A stretch of 64,000 bases of DNA from Takakia lepidozioides (taxonomy: Eukaryota; Plantae; Bryophyta), in assembly GCA_030704615.1 (NCBI GenBank), contig CM060734.1:29016001-29080000 (forward strand). Reading direction: 5' to 3'. This document shows, piece by piece, positions 61,490-64,000 of this stretch. The notes beneath the pieces are model-generated. The model did not search any database and was not told where the DNA came from. It saw nothing but the letters and a program-made list of their open reading frames with translations. The position numbers and the translations under genes were made by a program. Each line of letters begins with the position of its first letter. The first letter of the stretch is position 1.

Positions 61490-63240
61490 CTCCCGCATAT
61501 AGTCGCCGAACTGGAGGAAACGATAATGCCACCATGCTAGCCAACTGACCATTGCTCCTTCGTCTGATTTCTTTACAGCACCTGACGTTGTCCACCAAGC
61601 CCGTATACATGCAAACTGTGTCTCTGCATCATCCAAGGTAGGAACACGCTTCCATGCAAGACACATGGAATGGTGCTCCTCTATGAAATCTGGCGCCACG
61701 AATCGGGTTGTGTACTCCGACAAGCTCTACAGAAAATGGAACCCACAAGATCTCTTCTTGTCTTCCATCGGACATTGGGGTCTTCCCCGTACACCCTTCG
61801 GATGACAGCCCAATTTACTTGTGCGTTGTCCGCCATGAAACCACGGAAATTGGGAGGGGGCAATCCCGCCCTGGCCATCTGTTCGTTTATTCCCTGCCAA
61901 AGAAGCATCTCCGATTGTGTGTCTTCTCTTTTCATCTCACAAATAGCAATTGTCATTAGCATCTTGCAGTTGGTGTCGTAGACATGTGCAGCCATTGTCA
62001 CCCACTGGTGATTTGTAATTTGTTTGATATGATCGAACATGACCCAACTGTTTGACAAGTCCCCACTCGTCATCCGGTGGACCAGTTCGACGCCGCTGCC
62101 AGGCCTACACGTGGACATTTTGAATACGAAACAACGATCTGCCTCGGTCCCTTGTCTAGGAAACCTACTTTTATGAATGTAGTCATATCCACATCGTCGC
62201 TTCACCTCCAGAATGGAATGCATATCCGAGCCACGCCCAATTTTCTGTTGCAGGAGACAATGTGATTTCGGACATCGGTGAACAGACGTGGGACACTGAC
62301 TCCAGCAATGCCTCCATTCCCTTCTCATCGAGAGGAACTTTGTCGGAGCCGTCTTCCGACATAATTCTGGCCAATGTCATCTTATGGGCGACCTGCAGCT
62401 GTATCTGTTTGGGTTTGGCACCAGGTCTCAACTTAACCTCCTTCTGAACGAGCTGCTCTGCCTCGTGGGCAGCCTCCCGCGAGTTCCCCCTCGTCAATTT
62501 GTGACAATGAGAACCAACATGTATGCAAGCTCGTGTGAGGTCAGGGAAACGGTGCAACACATAGAACTGCTTGGCATTACAAACAGACATGCAATGTGGT
62601 GGTTCTTTGCAATGCGTACATTTAAAATGTGGAGTTTGGAACCTTCTCCTAAGCTCAAAATGGTTGATGAGCTGTGCCTGTCCAATCTGTCTCGTTTCTG
62701 TGACCTCTGGATTTAAAGTGGAAACAAGTTGGGGAGAAACGCCACAACGCACCCGCACAAACAACGTAGCGCACCCGCACACCATCGAGCATCTTCATGC
62801 TGGTGGTTTTGGTGACGCACCAAGGATGACCGTCATGTTTCCTATCCATATCTGTCAACATTCCGGACGCCCTCGAATAGTCCCTTCGAGGAGGGAACTC
62901 AAAGAACATATTACCGTCGACGTCTGCGGGAAGGCATGTAACGGATTTAATGGCAAACTTGCTGTAGTCCAGCCCAGCCAGCTCCTAGCAGTGTCCCTCC
63001 ATGTGAAGCCCTCGCAGAATTTCAAGAATGGATCGAATTGCTGTGTTCGTGCTGGGAATATGACTCCCTTGTTCGCTGATATCCATTGAGGACTTGTCTG
63101 ATCTCCAGGATGATCTCGGAACTTCCATGACCTCGTCGGAGTGTGACAGATTGTGAACTACCCGGTTCTCGCTCGTCTTCATTGATGGGTTCGGCTCTGG
63201 ATTTACTTCGTTGCGGACTTCTCTCTTTAAGGTGCCCACT
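61490..63240 (-). pseudogene. Mutator-like (MULE) DDE transposase with a Cys/His-rich, GCM/WRKY-like N-terminal domain; frameshifted
   Basis: DGHPW, CAG, CTHC..C..C, HVGSHCH; WVMFDH (first Asp), RGFMADNAQVNW (second Asp), RSCGFHFL (CxxH motif of MULE/hAT-like transposases), WLAWW. Confidence 0.7.
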
Positions 63241-63261
63241 CTCTGATTCGCGGATTATTTC

Positions 63262-64000
63262 GTGGAAGGCGTCAAGATAGAAGGCGCTTTTGGGAGTGGG
63301 GAGAAGGTGGACCCAGGAGACTTGGGGAAAGAGCCATGCACTGAGGGGGAGGGAGAAGAAGAAGAAGAGGCGGCTGGGCTGCAGGTTGGAGGACTCGAGC
63401 TACTCGAGGATGTCGCTGGTGATGACACGGGCGAAGGAAAGGCAGCCATACACGAGGGCAAGCCCAAGGAGGCTTGTGTTGACAGTGAAGGGTCGAAAAG
63501 AGCCAAGGAGGTGGGTAGGGATGACACGAAAGAGGCTGAGGTGAGCCACGTTCAGACCATACCTGTGCATGCTATAGTCAAAGTGAAGTCCAAGCTTCTT
63601 GTGTTTGACGTGAATGGGATTTTGTGTCACTCCTTGCCCAAATTCCAGCCCAATCCTTAGCCAAGCTGGCCATTTGTCATGACGTCGAAGAAGTGTGTTT
63701 TCCCACGACCTCATGTAGCAGAGTTTTTGAATTTGGCCCTGGTTTCCATGTTGGTTTCTGGTCATGTGCTACGAAGGAGAATGTGGCCGACGTCCTGGGA
63801 GTGTTGATGCAAGGGGTGAAGGGAGAGCCTCTATTCACATGGTCGGCTGAGCATTGTGACCATTGTTCTAGTCCACACCCTACAAAAGGGCCGCTTGTTC
63901 CTAACATATAGAAAACTCTAAGTAGAGAGTGGGATGCATTCCCACAATATGATGCATCCAACACTCTACTTGTGGATGACTCACCACATAAGGGGATGGG
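63262..64000 (+). pseudogene. FCP1/NIF (SCP-type) HAD phosphatase-like, with stops and frameshifts; runs off the window
   Basis: KLLVFDVNGIL (motif I), FPRPHVAEFL, GFWSCA, LFTWSAEHC, NTLLVDDSPHK (motif IV). Confidence 0.8.

Overview
Eukaryotic, intron-containing, repeat-dense window, most likely from a plant (a non-seed land plant is my guess; this is inference). I found no intact housekeeping gene; it is a nest of decayed transposable elements. (1) Three diverged paralogues of an unnamed multi-exon gene (1086-5510 -, 9018-11961 +, 40877-57650 -) with a ParB/Srx-like [DY][GD]NHR domain. Two of them also have a beta-class amino-DNA-methyltransferase-like domain. Each copy has its own CGGYRCCG-cored palindromes in the same orthologous intron; copies 1 and 3 have them upstream too. 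(2) An 11,054-bp Ty3/Gypsy-type retrotransposon (45117-56170, TTCC target-site duplication) inside an intron of copy 3. It has split direct repeats (A1...B1-A2-B2) instead of normal LTRs, a C5 cytosine methyltransferase between protease and RT, and a PHD finger on a DDE integrase. (3) A 13.8-kb hAT element (21611-35418, 8-bp TSD CTCACCTG) carrying kinase and RING-H2 cargo genes, plus one end of a related hAT element at 9017. (4) A CACTA transposase pseudogene, a Mutator-like transposase pseudogene, an FCP1/NIF-type HAD phosphatase pseudogene, two tRNA-derived SINEs, several repeats and a 500-N assembly gap. All family assignments come from reading motifs by eye; no database searches were run.
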